Of a stretch of DNA of 64,000 nucleotides, positions 11,367 to 22,105 are shown piece by piece. The stretch is taken from NCBI GenBank assembly GCA_947482555.1, contig CANKKB010000001.1, positions 4,278 to 68,277 on the forward strand, given 5' to 3'. The notes under the pieces are model-generated. The model ran no database searches. It was not told the DNA's origin and saw only the letters and a program-made list of their open reading frames with translations. This stretch comes from Burkholderiaceae bacterium (lineage in GTDB: Bacteria; Pseudomonadota; Gammaproteobacteria; Burkholderiales; Burkholderiaceae). A program made the translations under genes and the position numbers. Numbering within the stretch: position 1 is the first letter of the stretch; each line of letters begins with the position of its first letter.

Positions 11367-12431
11367 ATGAAAAAAATGAATAAGCTCTCAATAAGCGAAA
11401 GTCATAGACGCGAATTATTGATGGGAATAGGATCACTAGCGCTCATAGGAATCATGCCCAAAACTGCTCATGCGCAATCTGATGAATTAATTGTCACAAA
11501 TTGGGGTGGCGACTGGAACGATCGAACTGTAAAATTTATTGAAGCGCCACTGATAGAAAGCAAGGGAATCAATATTGTTCGGGCGCTTAATCTTGAGCCT
11601 GAACGCAAGACAAAATTATTGGCGGAAAGAAATTTACCAAGAGGGACTATCGGCATTGCCCATTTCAGTAATGCCGATGCTTATGAATTGAATGAGCAGG
11701 GCATTCTAGAGCAACTAGATTACGCAAAAATACCAAATGCAAAGAACATCATCCCATCCTTACGTAGTCCATATTTTATGCCTTGGGTTTATGGGGGTGT
11801 AACTTTAGCCTACAACCCTAAATTTATTAAAACTCCTCCAACTTCATTTGCTGACTTATGGAAATCTGAATATGCTGGAAAGATTGGAGTTCTAGATCAG
11901 AGTTTTTTCAACTGGATATATATGGCGGCTTTAGTAGGCGGTGGAAAAATGAATATGGTTGATTCTGCCTTTCCTAAACTCTTGCAAATGAAGACAAAAT
12001 TACAGCCGAAGATTTACCCAACCCACCAACATTTAGCTGCTGGTTTTGCTAACGAGGAAGTATGGATTTCCGCTAATTATTCCGCACGTATTGAGCAATG
12101 GAAAAAAGATAAGGTGCCCGTAGCTTCTTCATATCCGAAAGAAGGTGCAGTAACAATTGTTTTTGGAGCAGTGATTCCCAAAAAAGCACCCAATAAAACA
12201 GCGGCTTATACCTATCTAAATGCCCTTCTGGATCCTAAAGGTTTGGGGCAATATTGCGAAGCATCAATGTACTCTCCATCAACGTCTAACGCTATTGTGC
12301 AGGAGAGCGTAAAGGCTAAAATTGAATTCACACCGCAACAAATTACCTCCTTAAATAATGTGGACTATGCTTATCAAGCTAAAAATATAGCCTCTTGGCT
12401 AGAATGGTGGAATAAGGAGTTTAAGGGATGA
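11367..12431 (+). CDS. PotD/PotF-like ABC substrate-binding protein, probable Tat signal
   Basis: RRELL twin-arginine-like leader, WGG, P.SFADLW, PKEGA. Confidence 0.85.
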   Translation: MKKMNKLSISESHRRELLMGIGSLALIGIMPKTAHAQSDELIVTNWGGDWNDRTVKFIEAPLIESKGINIVRALNLEPERKTKLLAERNLPRGTIGIAHFSNADAYELNEQGILEQLDYAKIPNAKNIIPSLRSPYFMPWVYGGVTLAYNPKFIKTPPTSFADLWKSEYAGKIGVLDQSFFNWIYMAALVGGGKMNMVDSAFPKLLQMKTKLQPKIYPTHQHLAAGFANEEVWISANYSARIEQWKKDKVPVASSYPKEGAVTIVFGAVIPKKAPNKTAAYTYLNALLDPKGLGQYCEASMYSPSTSNAIVQESVKAKIEFTPQQITSLNNVDYAYQAKNIASWLEWWNKEFKG

Positions 12432-13333
12432 ATCTAATTGCCCCCTCCCCCTTTGGGAGTGAGCATTTTCAAAATCTGAAAATAACTGCGATTAGTCAAA
12501 AAATACGCGGGAAGTTAGCATTACCAGCTTTATTACTAGTTTCCTTCTTTTTGCTTGCACCATTACTTTTAATTCTTCGTTATAGCTTTGATCTTTATGA
12601 TCCAAAGCAATTAATGCAAGATATTTTCACCTTACAAAATTACTATAAAATTTACAGCGATCCATTCTATAAGAATGTCTTATGGGTAACCGCACAAATT
12701 GCATTTTTATCGACAATTTTTACTCTATTATTTGCAATTCCTGTAGCTTATTTTGTTTCAAGAACTCAATCTGAACGTCGCAGAAGCTTTTTAATAGTAA
12801 TAATTGTTTTACCGCTCTTGTTAGGAAATGCCGTTCGATCGGCGGCCTGGATGCTTGTGATGGGAACAAAAGGATTAATAAACGCGAGCTTAATTGGCCT
12901 TGGTCTAGCCGATAACCCAATAACTATTTTATTTACCCCAACTGCCGTAGTAGTTGCTTTGGTATCGGTGCTTCTACCTTACGCCATCATTACTCTACAA
13001 AGTGTAATGGACTCGATCCCAACTACCCTTGAGGAGGCCGCAAGGGCACTGGGGTACTCTCCTTTTCATTCATTCATGCGCATAGTATTTCCCTTGGCAA
13101 TGCCAGGAATCATAGCCGCCGGGGCAATTTGCTTTGCACTAGCTATGAATGCATATGCCACACCGGTTTTGATTGGTGGGCCAAAAATGAAAATGATGGG
13201 GCCTGTCGTATACGAACAAATTGCCAAAATATCAAATTGGCCATTTGGATCTGCTCTAGCCTGCATATTAATGCTAACAACCTTAGTATTAACAATACTC
13301 TCTACTCGATATTTACATAAAAAGTACTTTTAA
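12428..13333 (+). CDS. ABC permease (PotB-like)
   Basis: Hydrophobic; EAA loop LEEAARALG; PLAMPGI. Confidence 0.9.
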   Translation: MNLIAPSPFGSEHFQNLKITAISQKIRGKLALPALLLVSFFLLAPLLLILRYSFDLYDPKQLMQDIFTLQNYYKIYSDPFYKNVLWVTAQIAFLSTIFTLLFAIPVAYFVSRTQSERRRSFLIVIIVLPLLLGNAVRSAAWMLVMGTKGLINASLIGLGLADNPITILFTPTAVVVALVSVLLPYAIITLQSVMDSIPTTLEEAARALGYSPFHSFMRIVFPLAMPGIIAAGAICFALAMNAYATPVLIGGPKMKMMGPVVYEQIAKISNWPFGSALACILMLTTLVLTILSTRYLHKKYF

Positions 13334-13334
13334 G

Positions 13335-14144
13335 ATGGGGCAATATTCCTTTGGTTACTGGATCTTTCTATTTGTTGTTATCTTAATCCTAACATTTGTT
13401 ATAGCCCCATTATTTGTGATTATTTGGGCAAGTTTTTTCTCAGATAAGATTCTGGTATTTCCACCTACTAGCTATACCTTTAATTGGTTTTTAAATGCAT
13501 GGGATATAAAAGACTTCTCAAATGGCTTCATAATGAGCGTTGAATTGGGTCTATGCGCTAGCTTAATTTCTTTGTTACTCGGTATACCAGCCGCTCTCGC
13601 AATAGAAAGGCAGTCCTTTCAGTTTAAGGAAACTGTCAGGCAAATCCTTCTTTCCCCAATGTATGTTCCCGGAATAGTCGCAGGAGCGGCCGTATATATT
13701 TATTTTATTCAATTGGAAATATTTACAGATCTTCAATTGGCGGGAACATTTAAAGGGCTTTTAATTGCCCATACGTTAATTGCCCTACCATGGACTATTC
13801 GCCTTATTTGTGCCTCCCTTATGATGACCAGTCTAGCGGCCGAAGAAGCAGCTGCAAGTCTTGGTGCTAGCCCTTTTAAAGTATTTTTTTTGGTGACATT
13901 GCCTAGTATTCGTTCGGGCGTTATTGCTGCTGCGTTGTTTTCTTTTATTGCTTCATTTTCAGACTTAGAAAAATCTCTATTCATAGTTGGTCCTGGTAAA
14001 ACAACTCTACCTATCGCCATAATTAATTATTTAGAATGGAATTTAGACCCGACAATTGCTGCTGTTGCTACAGTTCAAATTTTAATAATTGCAATTGCAC
14101 TTTTAATATCGGATCGTTATATAAACTTAGGGAAAGCTTTTTAA
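13335..14144 (+). CDS. ABC permease (PotC-like)
   Basis: EEAAASLGA, VTLP, TLP motifs. Confidence 0.9.
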   Translation: MGQYSFGYWIFLFVVILILTFVIAPLFVIIWASFFSDKILVFPPTSYTFNWFLNAWDIKDFSNGFIMSVELGLCASLISLLLGIPAALAIERQSFQFKETVRQILLSPMYVPGIVAGAAVYIYFIQLEIFTDLQLAGTFKGLLIAHTLIALPWTIRLICASLMMTSLAAEEAAASLGASPFKVFFLVTLPSIRSGVIAAALFSFIASFSDLEKSLFIVGPGKTTLPIAIINYLEWNLDPTIAAVATVQILIIAIALLISDRYINLGKAF

Positions 14145-15197
14145 ATGGCAGGAGTTATTCTAGATAAAATTATGAAGAGCTTCGGCGACTTTACTGCCGT
14201 TCAAGAAACCTCATTAGAAATTTCTGAAGGTGAACTTTTAGCCCTACTCGGCCCAAGTGGCTGCGGAAAAACTACAATTCTTCGAATGATTGCTGGTTTT
14301 GTGAATCCCACCTCTGGATCTGTATTGATTGGTAATAAAAATGTAACAAATTTACCAGTTCATAAAAGAAAAGCTGGGATGGTATTTCAAGGGTACGCGC
14401 TCTTTCCCCATCTAACTGTTTCTCAAAATATTTCTTTTGGTTTAAAAATTCTAAAGTGGGATAAAAAGAAACTAGAAGCGCGTTTAATTGAAATGCTTCA
14501 ATGGGTAAGGCTTGAAAAATATGCAGATCATTACCCCAAAACTCTATCTGGGGGACAACAGCAGAGGGTTGCGTTAGCTAGAGCCATGGCAAATCGACCA
14601 GAGGTATTGCTGCTTGATGAGCCATTTTCTGCACTTGATGCAAAGCTACGCACTGAAATGAGAAGTGAAATTAGGGGCTTCCAAAAAGAGGCTGGTATTA
14701 CTTCCATTTTTGTTACGCATGATCAAGAGGAGGCAATGGCTATCGCTGATAGGATTGGTGTTATGAATCAAGGTCAGATAGAGCAAATTGGCTCTGCCCA
14801 AGACCTGTACTTAAGGCCAGCCTCAAAATTTGTAGCTAATTTTATTGGTAAATGTAATTTAATTGCGGGTAAAAAAACGCAAATTAATACTTTTATAACT
14901 CTCGCTAACCAATCTCTTCAATTTAATGAAAAATTAAGTAGCATAAATGCTACGGCAATTTTTTTTAGACCCGAACAAAGTTGGCTGACATTAAAATTGG
15001 CTGAAAATGTTAATTCAATACCGGTTACCGTTAAATCTTATGTTTATTTAGGACCAATAATTGAATATGAAGTAGTAGATCAGGCTGGAAATAGGCTTTT
15101 AACAAATAATTTATCTCCAAATAATCTAATATTAGTTGAAATAGGAATGTCTTTATATTTAAATTGGCAGGCAGAAAATTGCATAGCCATAAAGTAA
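14145..15197 (+). CDS. ABC ATP-binding protein (PotA-like)
   Basis: GPSGCGKTT, LSGGQQQRVALARA, LLDEPFSALD, VTHDQEEA. Confidence 0.95.
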   Translation: MAGVILDKIMKSFGDFTAVQETSLEISEGELLALLGPSGCGKTTILRMIAGFVNPTSGSVLIGNKNVTNLPVHKRKAGMVFQGYALFPHLTVSQNISFGLKILKWDKKKLEARLIEMLQWVRLEKYADHYPKTLSGGQQQRVALARAMANRPEVLLLDEPFSALDAKLRTEMRSEIRGFQKEAGITSIFVTHDQEEAMAIADRIGVMNQGQIEQIGSAQDLYLRPASKFVANFIGKCNLIAGKKTQINTFITLANQSLQFNEKLSSINATAIFFRPEQSWLTLKLAENVNSIPVTVKSYVYLGPIIEYEVVDQAGNRLLTNNLSPNNLILVEIGMSLYLNWQAENCIAIK

Positions 15198-15228
15198 TAC
15201 TTTAATTAATCCTTAATATAAAAAAAAT

Positions 15229-16206
15229 ATGACCAACTTATTGCATGAAAAAATAATTGTTATTGATGGTTTAATCATCTCAAAATTTGATCGATCAATT
15301 TTCGAAGCAATGCACGCCGGCGGCATAACTGCTGCTAACTGTACTTGCTCAATTTGGGAAAATTTTTATGACTCGATGAAAAATATTGCCGAATTTAAAA
15401 AACATTTTGATCAAAATTCAGATTTAATAATTCAAGTTTTTACAACTGCAGATATCGTTCGCGCTAAGCGGGAGGGTAAAACTGGAATTATATTAGGCTG
15501 GCAAAATTTAAGTGGCATTGAAGATCAAATTTCTTTTCTTAAATTATTCAAAGATTTAGGTGTAGGTGTAATGCAAATAGCTTACAACACTCAAAATTTT
15601 ATTGGCTCTGGTTGTTATGAAAAAAATGATAGTGGCCTATCAGATTTTGGACATGAGGTGATTGATGAAATGAATCGCGTTGGAATACTATGTGATTTAT
15701 CTCATGTAGGACCAAAAACTAGCCACGATGTAATTCTTGCCTCTAAAAAACCAGTTGCATATACCCATTGCCTTCCTGCGGGATTAAAAGAGCATCCGCG
15801 CAATAAATCAGATGAGCAATTACGATTTATTGCTAATCATGATGGATTTGTCGGAGTAACAATGTTTCCTCCTTTTTTAAAAAAGGGGGTTAACTCAACT
15901 ATTGTTGATTATATTGAAGCAATTAATTATGTTATTAATGTCGTTGGCGAGGACCAGGTAGGAATTGGTACGGACTTTACTCAGGGTTATAAAAAGCCAT
16001 TTTTTGATTGGATTACTCAGGATAAGGGATACGCTCGAAAATTAACTGAGTTTGGTGAAATTGAGCAACTTGAAGGTATAGCAGAAATTTCTCAATTCCC
16101 CAATATAACCCATACGATGGAGAAAATGGGCTGGAAAGAAAATCGTATTCGTAAAATTATGGGCGATAACTGGGTTAATTTATTAAAAGAAGTATGGGGG
16201 GCATAA
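15229..16206 (+). CDS. membrane dipeptidase (peptidase M19, amidohydrolase fold)
   Basis: IDGL, MQIAYN, EMNRVGILCDLSHVG, HPRNK.DE, VGIGTDF, MG.NW. Confidence 0.88.
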   Translation: MTNLLHEKIIVIDGLIISKFDRSIFEAMHAGGITAANCTCSIWENFYDSMKNIAEFKKHFDQNSDLIIQVFTTADIVRAKREGKTGIILGWQNLSGIEDQISFLKLFKDLGVGVMQIAYNTQNFIGSGCYEKNDSGLSDFGHEVIDEMNRVGILCDLSHVGPKTSHDVILASKKPVAYTHCLPAGLKEHPRNKSDEQLRFIANHDGFVGVTMFPPFLKKGVNSTIVDYIEAINYVINVVGEDQVGIGTDFTQGYKKPFFDWITQDKGYARKLTEFGEIEQLEGIAEISQFPNITHTMEKMGWKENRIRKIMGDNWVNLLKEVWGA

Positions 16207-16210
16207 TTTA

Positions 16211-16618
16211 ATGGCAATTAATTATTTTAAGGATAAGTTAATCAGCGTTGATCAAGCAATTGATTTATATAAAAAATCTACACTAGGGGAAAGACGCCCC
16301 ATTCATAATCGAGCAACTTTTCAAGATATGCTTAATCATGCAAATCTTACTATTACAGCATGGCATGATTCAAAATTAATTGGTATTTCTCGCTCATTAA
16401 CTGATTTTTCTTATGTCGCCTACTTGGCAGATTTAGCTGTTGATTCTGAGTACCAAAAATTAGGTGTAGGGAAGCAATTGGTTGTAGAAACAAAAAAATA
16501 CCTCGGGGATGAATGTCTCATAGTACTTCTTTCAGCTCCGAAAGCTAATGATTATTATCCACATATCGGGTTTGAGCATAACCCTAGAGCTTGGACTTTT
16601 AAAAAGAATCCAGCCTAA
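16211..16618 (+). CDS. GNAT acetyltransferase
   Basis: YLADLAVDSEYQKLGVGKQL acetyl-CoA motif; YYPHIGF. Confidence 0.88.
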   Translation: MAINYFKDKLISVDQAIDLYKKSTLGERRPIHNRATFQDMLNHANLTITAWHDSKLIGISRSLTDFSYVAYLADLAVDSEYQKLGVGKQLVVETKKYLGDECLIVLLSAPKANDYYPHIGFEHNPRAWTFKKNPA

Positions 16619-16788
16619 ATTTATTTAAAAATTCCCTTCTCATTAAAAAGTTCGAAAAAATGACTTTTGAACTTCTATCCAGCTCGAATCCCAATTCAGT
16701 CACCAATATGACCTAAAAATCCATTGCACACCGTATTTTTACGCTTGTAAACTATTAAATTAATTAGGTTTTTAGGTGGCACAATATT

Positions 16789-16855
16789 CTTTTAATCCGT
16801 TGGTCGTGGGTTCGTAAACGAAGTTTCGGCGCAGCCAATCCCGCCCGACCTACCA
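16789..16855 (+). pseudogene. tRNA-Lys(UUU) 3' half (att-like scar) with a 22-nt insert in the T-loop
   Basis: CTTTTAA-TCCGT-TGGTC-GTGGG-TTCG[16815-16836]AAT-CCCGC-CCGACCT-A-CCA. Removing the insert restores a canonical T-arm. No 5' half or D-arm upstream. Confidence 0.85.
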
Positions 16856-17094
16856 TATAGAATAAGGCTTTTCCGGCCGTCTCATTGTTGCAGCCTAGAA
16901 CAATTTCCTATAATCCGCTGTTTTTCGCATCACACCCATATAGATCTTGGGTTGCAAGCTAATTAGCCCTTTGTACACTTGGTGCTTTTTTGTGTGTAAT
17001 GGGTTCGGCTCTGCGGGTGGGATTGAGAATCTTTAGGCTTAGGGGTTGAATTAGCTTAATTAGGCGTACAACTTATAACGCTTAGTCATCCCTC

Positions 17095-17134
17095 GGTCAC
17101 TAATCTGCTAGTTCGAAGTTCGACACCATATAGA
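17095..17134 (+). repeat. heavily decayed additional tRNA-3'-end scar
   Basis: GGTCAC...GCTAGTTCGA...CACCATATAGA shares TAGTTCGA with the 49.6/60.3 kb copies and the ACCA-TATAGA end with all three Lys scars. Confidence 0.4.
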
Positions 17135-17175
17135 GGAGTCCGGGCTAAAAATGCCATTAAATAATCCTAAGAAAT

Positions 17176-18759
17176 TTAGAATTTATAAAACTTAATTGTT
17201 TCGTCATTTCGAACCTTTTCAGTTAAACCAATTTCCCAGCTCAAATACTGCTTCATGGACTCAACTTGATCTTTGGCCTCAAATGGCTTAACAAATGAAT
17301 CATTTATTTCTGTCAAAATATTTTTGTCACCTTTACCAGACGGATATCCAGCAAAAAACCAGGCTGAATTTCCCCCGTCAAGTAAAAATATCTGATTAGC
17401 AAATATATTTTTTATTTCTTGGCCAGCAAAATTTGCCAATAGCGGCTCATCTGATGTCAATACTATTGGCTTAGTAGGATCTACTTTTTCCAAAACATCA
17501 CATAGTCGTGATCGAACGCACCAATAAGCGCCATCAATATGACGCTCAACATAATTTTTTCCGAAACTTAGATCGATTACGGTGTAGGAGTTTCTAGAAG
17601 AAAATAGGTTTTCAACAGAAATCTTAGGTATTTCATCCGCCCTTGGATCATAAATCGAAATTAATTCTGTCCCCATTGTAAATTCGATATTCTTGTCAAC
17701 CGGATCCAATTGAAAAACTTCCTTATAACCCATTTGTCGTAGCCAGGATCCGGTTATTGCCGCTCTAATTAGATAGTCATCGTATAGAAGAATACGCGTT
17801 GATTTTGAGGCTATGAAAGTATCTGTAGCCTGAATTAACTGGCCTCCAGGAGAATATATAGCGCCTTTTGGATGTTTTTCGTTATATTCATTTCGCATTC
17901 GAACATCGAACAAATAAGTCGTAGTAGGGTCGTCATTGGATATCCAATTTTTATAACACTCCCAATTGGCCGTCTTTATATTATATTTTTCTAGTATTTC
18001 ATTATTTAAATTTAAATTTCCATTGATAAGGTTTAAGTTTGGGGTAAATTTTTGTGAATTTTTTTCAACTTCAAGGCCAGCTAATTTCCAGCCCATAGTG
18101 CCATTGCGAAGCGCCATCACTTTATTTTTTATATTAATATTTCGTAAAGACTGGGCTCCAATAATGCTACGAGTTCTTCCGGCACAGTTTACGATTATGG
18201 TGGTGTTAGGATTACTTATCATTTCAGGCAATCGTAAGGCTAATTCAGCCCCAGGAATGCTAAGAGAGCTTGGAATTGTGCCGCGCTTGTGCTCTTCCGG
18301 TGTTCTACTATCAACCAGTAAAATATCCTTACCTTGGCGCATCCACTCATTTAATTCTTCGGGTGAAATTGACGGCGTATTAAATTCATGCTCAATGAAT
18401 TCTCCAAATGCCTTGCTAGGTGTATTAAATCCTGTGTACAGTAAATAACCTTGATTTGCCCACTCGTCTAAACCACCTTTTAATTTTTTAAGTTGCAAGT
18501 ACCCCATTTCCTGCAATTTATTTATTGTCCTATCGTTCAAAAGCTCATCGTCTGAGGCAACTACTATGCTTATATTTTTCTTGGGTAAAACATGATTTAG
18601 TCGCCATTCAATCCGGGAAAGCGGTAAATTAATGGACTGAAAAATATGCGGGGATAAGGAAAATAGCCCCTCTTCCCTTGGGTCTAATATGACAATATTT
18701 GCCTCTTTTAAAAGCAGTTGATGCAATTCAAATGCAGATATATCGCTTATCATTTTCAA
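17176..18759 (-). CDS. multi-domain rhodanese/sulfurtransferase
   Basis: Repeated rhodanese motifs (LDPRE, VDSRT..E, FDVR...EY, L.GG..AW); active-site loop NCAGRTRS; PSKAFGE. Confidence 0.88.
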   Translation of the reverse strand: MKMISDISAFELHQLLLKEANIVILDPREEGLFSLSPHIFQSINLPLSRIEWRLNHVLPKKNISIVVASDDELLNDRTINKLQEMGYLQLKKLKGGLDEWANQGYLLYTGFNTPSKAFGEFIEHEFNTPSISPEELNEWMRQGKDILLVDSRTPEEHKRGTIPSSLSIPGAELALRLPEMISNPNTTIIVNCAGRTRSIIGAQSLRNINIKNKVMALRNGTMGWKLAGLEVEKNSQKFTPNLNLINGNLNLNNEILEKYNIKTANWECYKNWISNDDPTTTYLFDVRMRNEYNEKHPKGAIYSPGGQLIQATDTFIASKSTRILLYDDYLIRAAITGSWLRQMGYKEVFQLDPVDKNIEFTMGTELISIYDPRADEIPKISVENLFSSRNSYTVIDLSFGKNYVERHIDGAYWCVRSRLCDVLEKVDPTKPIVLTSDEPLLANFAGQEIKNIFANQIFLLDGGNSAWFFAGYPSGKGDKNILTEINDSFVKPFEAKDQVESMKQYLSWEIGLTEKVRNDETIKFYKF

Positions 18760-18866
18760 CTCTCGAAAGCTTTACTGCATTTTATTTAATTGATTAGCAT
18801 AGAGCATATAAAAATTACTAAAAGTAGCTTACATGAAGTTTCCGCCACAAGTTACCTGTTATGCAC

Positions 18867-19850
18867 TTAATCAATGGATGCGCCAGATGTACTCACGAGA
18901 TCTTTCCAAAACGCAACCTGATCTTTAATGAGATTTTGAAATCCAGCGGCAGGCATTGGGGATGCAGGGTCATATCCGGCACCAACAAGTCTCTTTCTAA
19001 TATCTGGATTTTGTATTGTCTTCATTGCATTTTGATGTAATGTTTCAACTATTGCATCAGGTGTACTCGCTGGAACTATCAAACCAAACCATACCGCAGT
19101 CTTCTCAAACCCCTTATAACCAAAAGACTCCATCGTTGGAATATCAGGAAGATCAGAAATCCTATTTAAAGAGGTAACAGCAAGTCCCCGTATTTTCCCT
19201 GCCTTCATTTGAGGTATGGCTGAAGCAAGTGAAGCGAATCCAAAATCAACATCTCCGGCCGCAATAGAAACGATAGCTTCGGCTGGTCCTTTAAAGGGTA
19301 TATGTTCTGCTGGCAGGCCAACTTGATTAACAAAAAGTACGCCAGTTAAGTGTTGTGTCGTTCCATTGCCAGGCGAACTGTAATTAAGGCGTTTCTTTGC
19401 CATCAACTCCACCAGCTCCTTGACAGTTTTAACAGGACTTGAAGCAGGTACAACAAGTATATTGGGCGTTGATGCTAGATAAGCTACCCCTTTAAAATCT
19501 TTAAGGGTGCTATAGCTAACTTTTTTAAATAAAACGGGATTAATTGCTAGCGTGGCAGTTGAGCCAAGACCAAGTGTATAGCCATCTCCCGCAGCCTTTG
19601 CAACGAATCCAGTACCAATCGAACCACCAGCACCAGGCTTGTTATCCACAATAATATTTTGATTTAATAACTTACCTAAATCAGGCGAAATAATCCTCAC
19701 TAAAGTATCATTAGCTGATCCTGGAGTATAAGCAACAACAATTGTTATCGCCTTATCTGGATAAGTTTGCGCACTCAATTTATGGGAGCTAAGAATGAAA
19801 ATTCCAATGCTAGCCAGCACCAAAGATAAAGCTTTTATGATCATTCTCAT
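18867..19850 (-). CDS. Bug/TctC tripartite tricarboxylate receptor
   Basis: Signal peptide, YP.K.I..VV...PG, NKPGAGG.IG, HIPFKG, PDIPT. Confidence 0.92.
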   Translation of the reverse strand: MRMIIKALSLVLASIGIFILSSHKLSAQTYPDKAITIVVAYTPGSANDTLVRIISPDLGKLLNQNIIVDNKPGAGGSIGTGFVAKAAGDGYTLGLGSTATLAINPVLFKKVSYSTLKDFKGVAYLASTPNILVVPASSPVKTVKELVELMAKKRLNYSSPGNGTTQHLTGVLFVNQVGLPAEHIPFKGPAEAIVSIAAGDVDFGFASLASAIPQMKAGKIRGLAVTSLNRISDLPDIPTMESFGYKGFEKTAVWFGLIVPASTPDAIVETLHQNAMKTIQNPDIRKRLVGAGYDPASPMPAAGFQNLIKDQVAFWKDLVSTSGASID

Positions 19851-19881
19851 CCTAGTTTCCTATATTTTTTCGTGTTGAAAC

Positions 19882-20484
19882 TTAATTGTTAATACCATCT
19901 TTTGTATTCTTATTGGGTGGAAAATGCTCAGTCTTACCACTTTCATCGAACTGCTCCCTATCAGTTTGCAACTCAAGAGCTCGCTCATAAAATCTAATTT
20001 GCCAAACGGGCACATCTCCATTGCCCTGCACATGAATACTGTGAATATCTTCCCCCGTCAAAGCAACTCCGACTCCAGGTCCTACTGATATTTCATCTAT
20101 TTGCTTAAACCCAGCTTCATCTGCTTTATATAGCTTGTTAATCTCCACGCCGTCTAGGCCCACTAAAATGGCCCAGTTTTTATGATTATGTGGGGGGCTT
20201 GTCTTTCCAGGCAGCGCAAGTGAAACATAAAGTGCTCTCTCTGTACCATCTTCCTTATTCAATCTATACGCAACAAAGTCCTTAAATGTGCCCCTCTGTA
20301 CGGGTTCAAATTCAGAGGTAACAAAGAGCTCAGGGTATTTTGCCAGCATAGATACCTCATCCTTCATCAGATTTAAAGCCTGACGTGAAACCCCATGCTT
20401 CTTTTCAATCTGTGTGACCTTATTCATTACTTCATCAACCAAACCTTGACGCTTTGTTTTAATTTCTGCGAGTGTCATGCTCAT
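19882..20484 (-). CDS. cysteine/thiol-dioxygenase-like cupin
   Basis: SPPHNH..WA...G..G.E and DIHSI metal-binding His pattern; near the multi-rhodanese gene. Confidence 0.7.
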   Translation of the reverse strand: MSMTLAEIKTKRQGLVDEVMNKVTQIEKKHGVSRQALNLMKDEVSMLAKYPELFVTSEFEPVQRGTFKDFVAYRLNKEDGTERALYVSLALPGKTSPPHNHKNWAILVGLDGVEINKLYKADEAGFKQIDEISVGPGVGVALTGEDIHSIHVQGNGDVPVWQIRFYERALELQTDREQFDESGKTEHFPPNKNTKDGINN

Positions 20485-20677
20485 GTCTAATCTCCTTTAT
20501 TATCCCAATAATTCTCTACCAAGAGGCCACTAAAAACCAAAACTAGCTAATAATTATTTTTTATATTTAATATGAATTTAACATATATTTTTTGAGATTT
20601 AATTATTGCTATATTTTCTGCTAATCTATTAAAAATAAAACCTTAAAATGCGATTTTTTTAAAAAAAATAAGCCTTT

Positions 20678-22105
20678 TTAAGTTTCCAGCTTTTCAAGCT
20701 CTGCTTTTACAAAATCAGTTCTTTGGGGCTCAGCACTTGGTGCAGAAGCCATAATTGCTATTATTTTTTTCCCAATAGCTTCAATATTTTCCCTATCTTT
20801 CGTACCATCACTAAAACTTTGGATATTTAAAATTGAGTTTTGGGAGTAGCTCCTAAAAAAATTACTCGGGTCTAAATGCATCATTGATGCCAAAAGAGGA
20901 ATATTTTCATTCAGTAACGCCTGGGATAGGATTTTTCTAAACAGAACAACCCCCTTATCCCCTGAAAGTCGGTGCTCATCGATACGAGAAGCAATCTCGC
21001 CTTGACCAACAATTGCTTCAAAATCACCAGGTAACATCTGCCGCTCTTTATGCGTCCGAGAACCGGCTACTTGGCCACCCAAAAAATCAATCGAGTCATG
21101 TCCAACTTGCTCCATATTACCCATATTGTCCGGGTCAATTGAAGGTCCAAACATTCGCCATCCAAAAATGATTGAATTTTCGTTATCTATTGGAACATAC
21201 CACCTAGCCATATGAACGCGGTGAAAAACTCTTCTTGCATTGCCCTTTTCATATAAATAAGCGTGGTGACTTAAATTCGGTAAGATACATTCATTAATCC
21301 TCCACCAAACTAATTTTTCTGACATTCTTCTTCCGGCAACAAATGCCATTGCAGTATTGTCGCGAACCGCATGGTAATCAAGTACCGGTATGCCACTAAA
21401 GGAAGGAAGAGTAAAAGAGTCAAAATCAACCTCTCCAGGTAATTCGCCATCATAGAGACTCATTGGCTGATGCAAGGTAGCTGTATGCATTTGATCTGCG
21501 ATATTTTCAATAACCTGCAGCCAATTACAAGGGTAAATATTGGAAAAAGCGACCAATTCTGTTTTATTTTCTTTTGAAAAAGAATCCCATTCTTCGAATT
21601 CTGGAATGGTATCGGGATTTCCAAAATAAGCAAAGATTAAGCCATCTCTTTCAATAGTTGGATAAGCGGGCTGGCAAAATCGACCCATTACTCGCTTACC
21701 CCCATCTGGCTCGGATGGAATTTCAATAATTTCTCCAGTTACATCAAAATGTATTCCGTGATAACAACACTTAATTCCACCAGCTTCTTGCGTTACTCCA
21801 AACTCGAGGGAAGCTCCCCTATGGGCGCAATGAAGTTGCATTAAACCAATTTGGTTCTTGCCATCTCGAAAAATAACAAGATCTTCATTAAATATTTTTA
21901 TTTTTTTTGGTAAACGTGTAACTTGTGATGCAAGTGAGACCGGCTGCCAAAAACACCTCATGTACTCACCTAATGGAGTGCCAAAATTAGAATCGGTTAA
22001 AAGGTCATCTGGCTTATTTTGCCTTCTTATCTTATAACCTTGATACGCTGTGGATGAATTTTTTATCATATTTTTCATAAAATTACTGTTGGTTTGCTTG
22101 AGCAA
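20678..22105 (-). CDS. Rieske non-heme iron oxygenase alpha subunit (phthalate/vanillate-oxygenase-like); start probably a later Met
   Basis: GEYMR.FWQP, CAHRGASL...CCYHG Rieske motif, CNWLQ..EN..D..H....H mononuclear Fe motif. Confidence 0.9.
   Translation of the reverse strand: MLKQTNSNFMKNMIKNSSTAYQGYKIRRQNKPDDLLTDSNFGTPLGEYMRCFWQPVSLASQVTRLPKKIKIFNEDLVIFRDGKNQIGLMQLHCAHRGASLEFGVTQEAGGIKCCYHGIHFDVTGEIIEIPSEPDGGKRVMGRFCQPAYPTIERDGLIFAYFGNPDTIPEFEEWDSFSKENKTELVAFSNIYPCNWLQVIENIADQMHTATLHQPMSLYDGELPGEVDFDSFTLPSFSGIPVLDYHAVRDNTAMAFVAGRRMSEKLVWWRINECILPNLSHHAYLYEKGNARRVFHRVHMARWYVPIDNENSIIFGWRMFGPSIDPDNMGNMEQVGHDSIDFLGGQVAGSRTHKERQMLPGDFEAIVGQGEIASRIDEHRLSGDKGVVLFRKILSQALLNENIPLLASMMHLDPSNFFRSYSQNSILNIQSFSDGTKDRENIEAIGKKIIAIMASAPSAEPQRTDFVKAELEKLET

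Noticed and set aside
16740-16855. Intact or intron-containing tRNA-Lys gene (also at 49.6 and 60.3 kb)
   Set aside because: No acceptor 5' strand or D-arm upstream of the anticodon loop. These are 3' fragments, so the inserts cannot be called introns of a functional tRNA.
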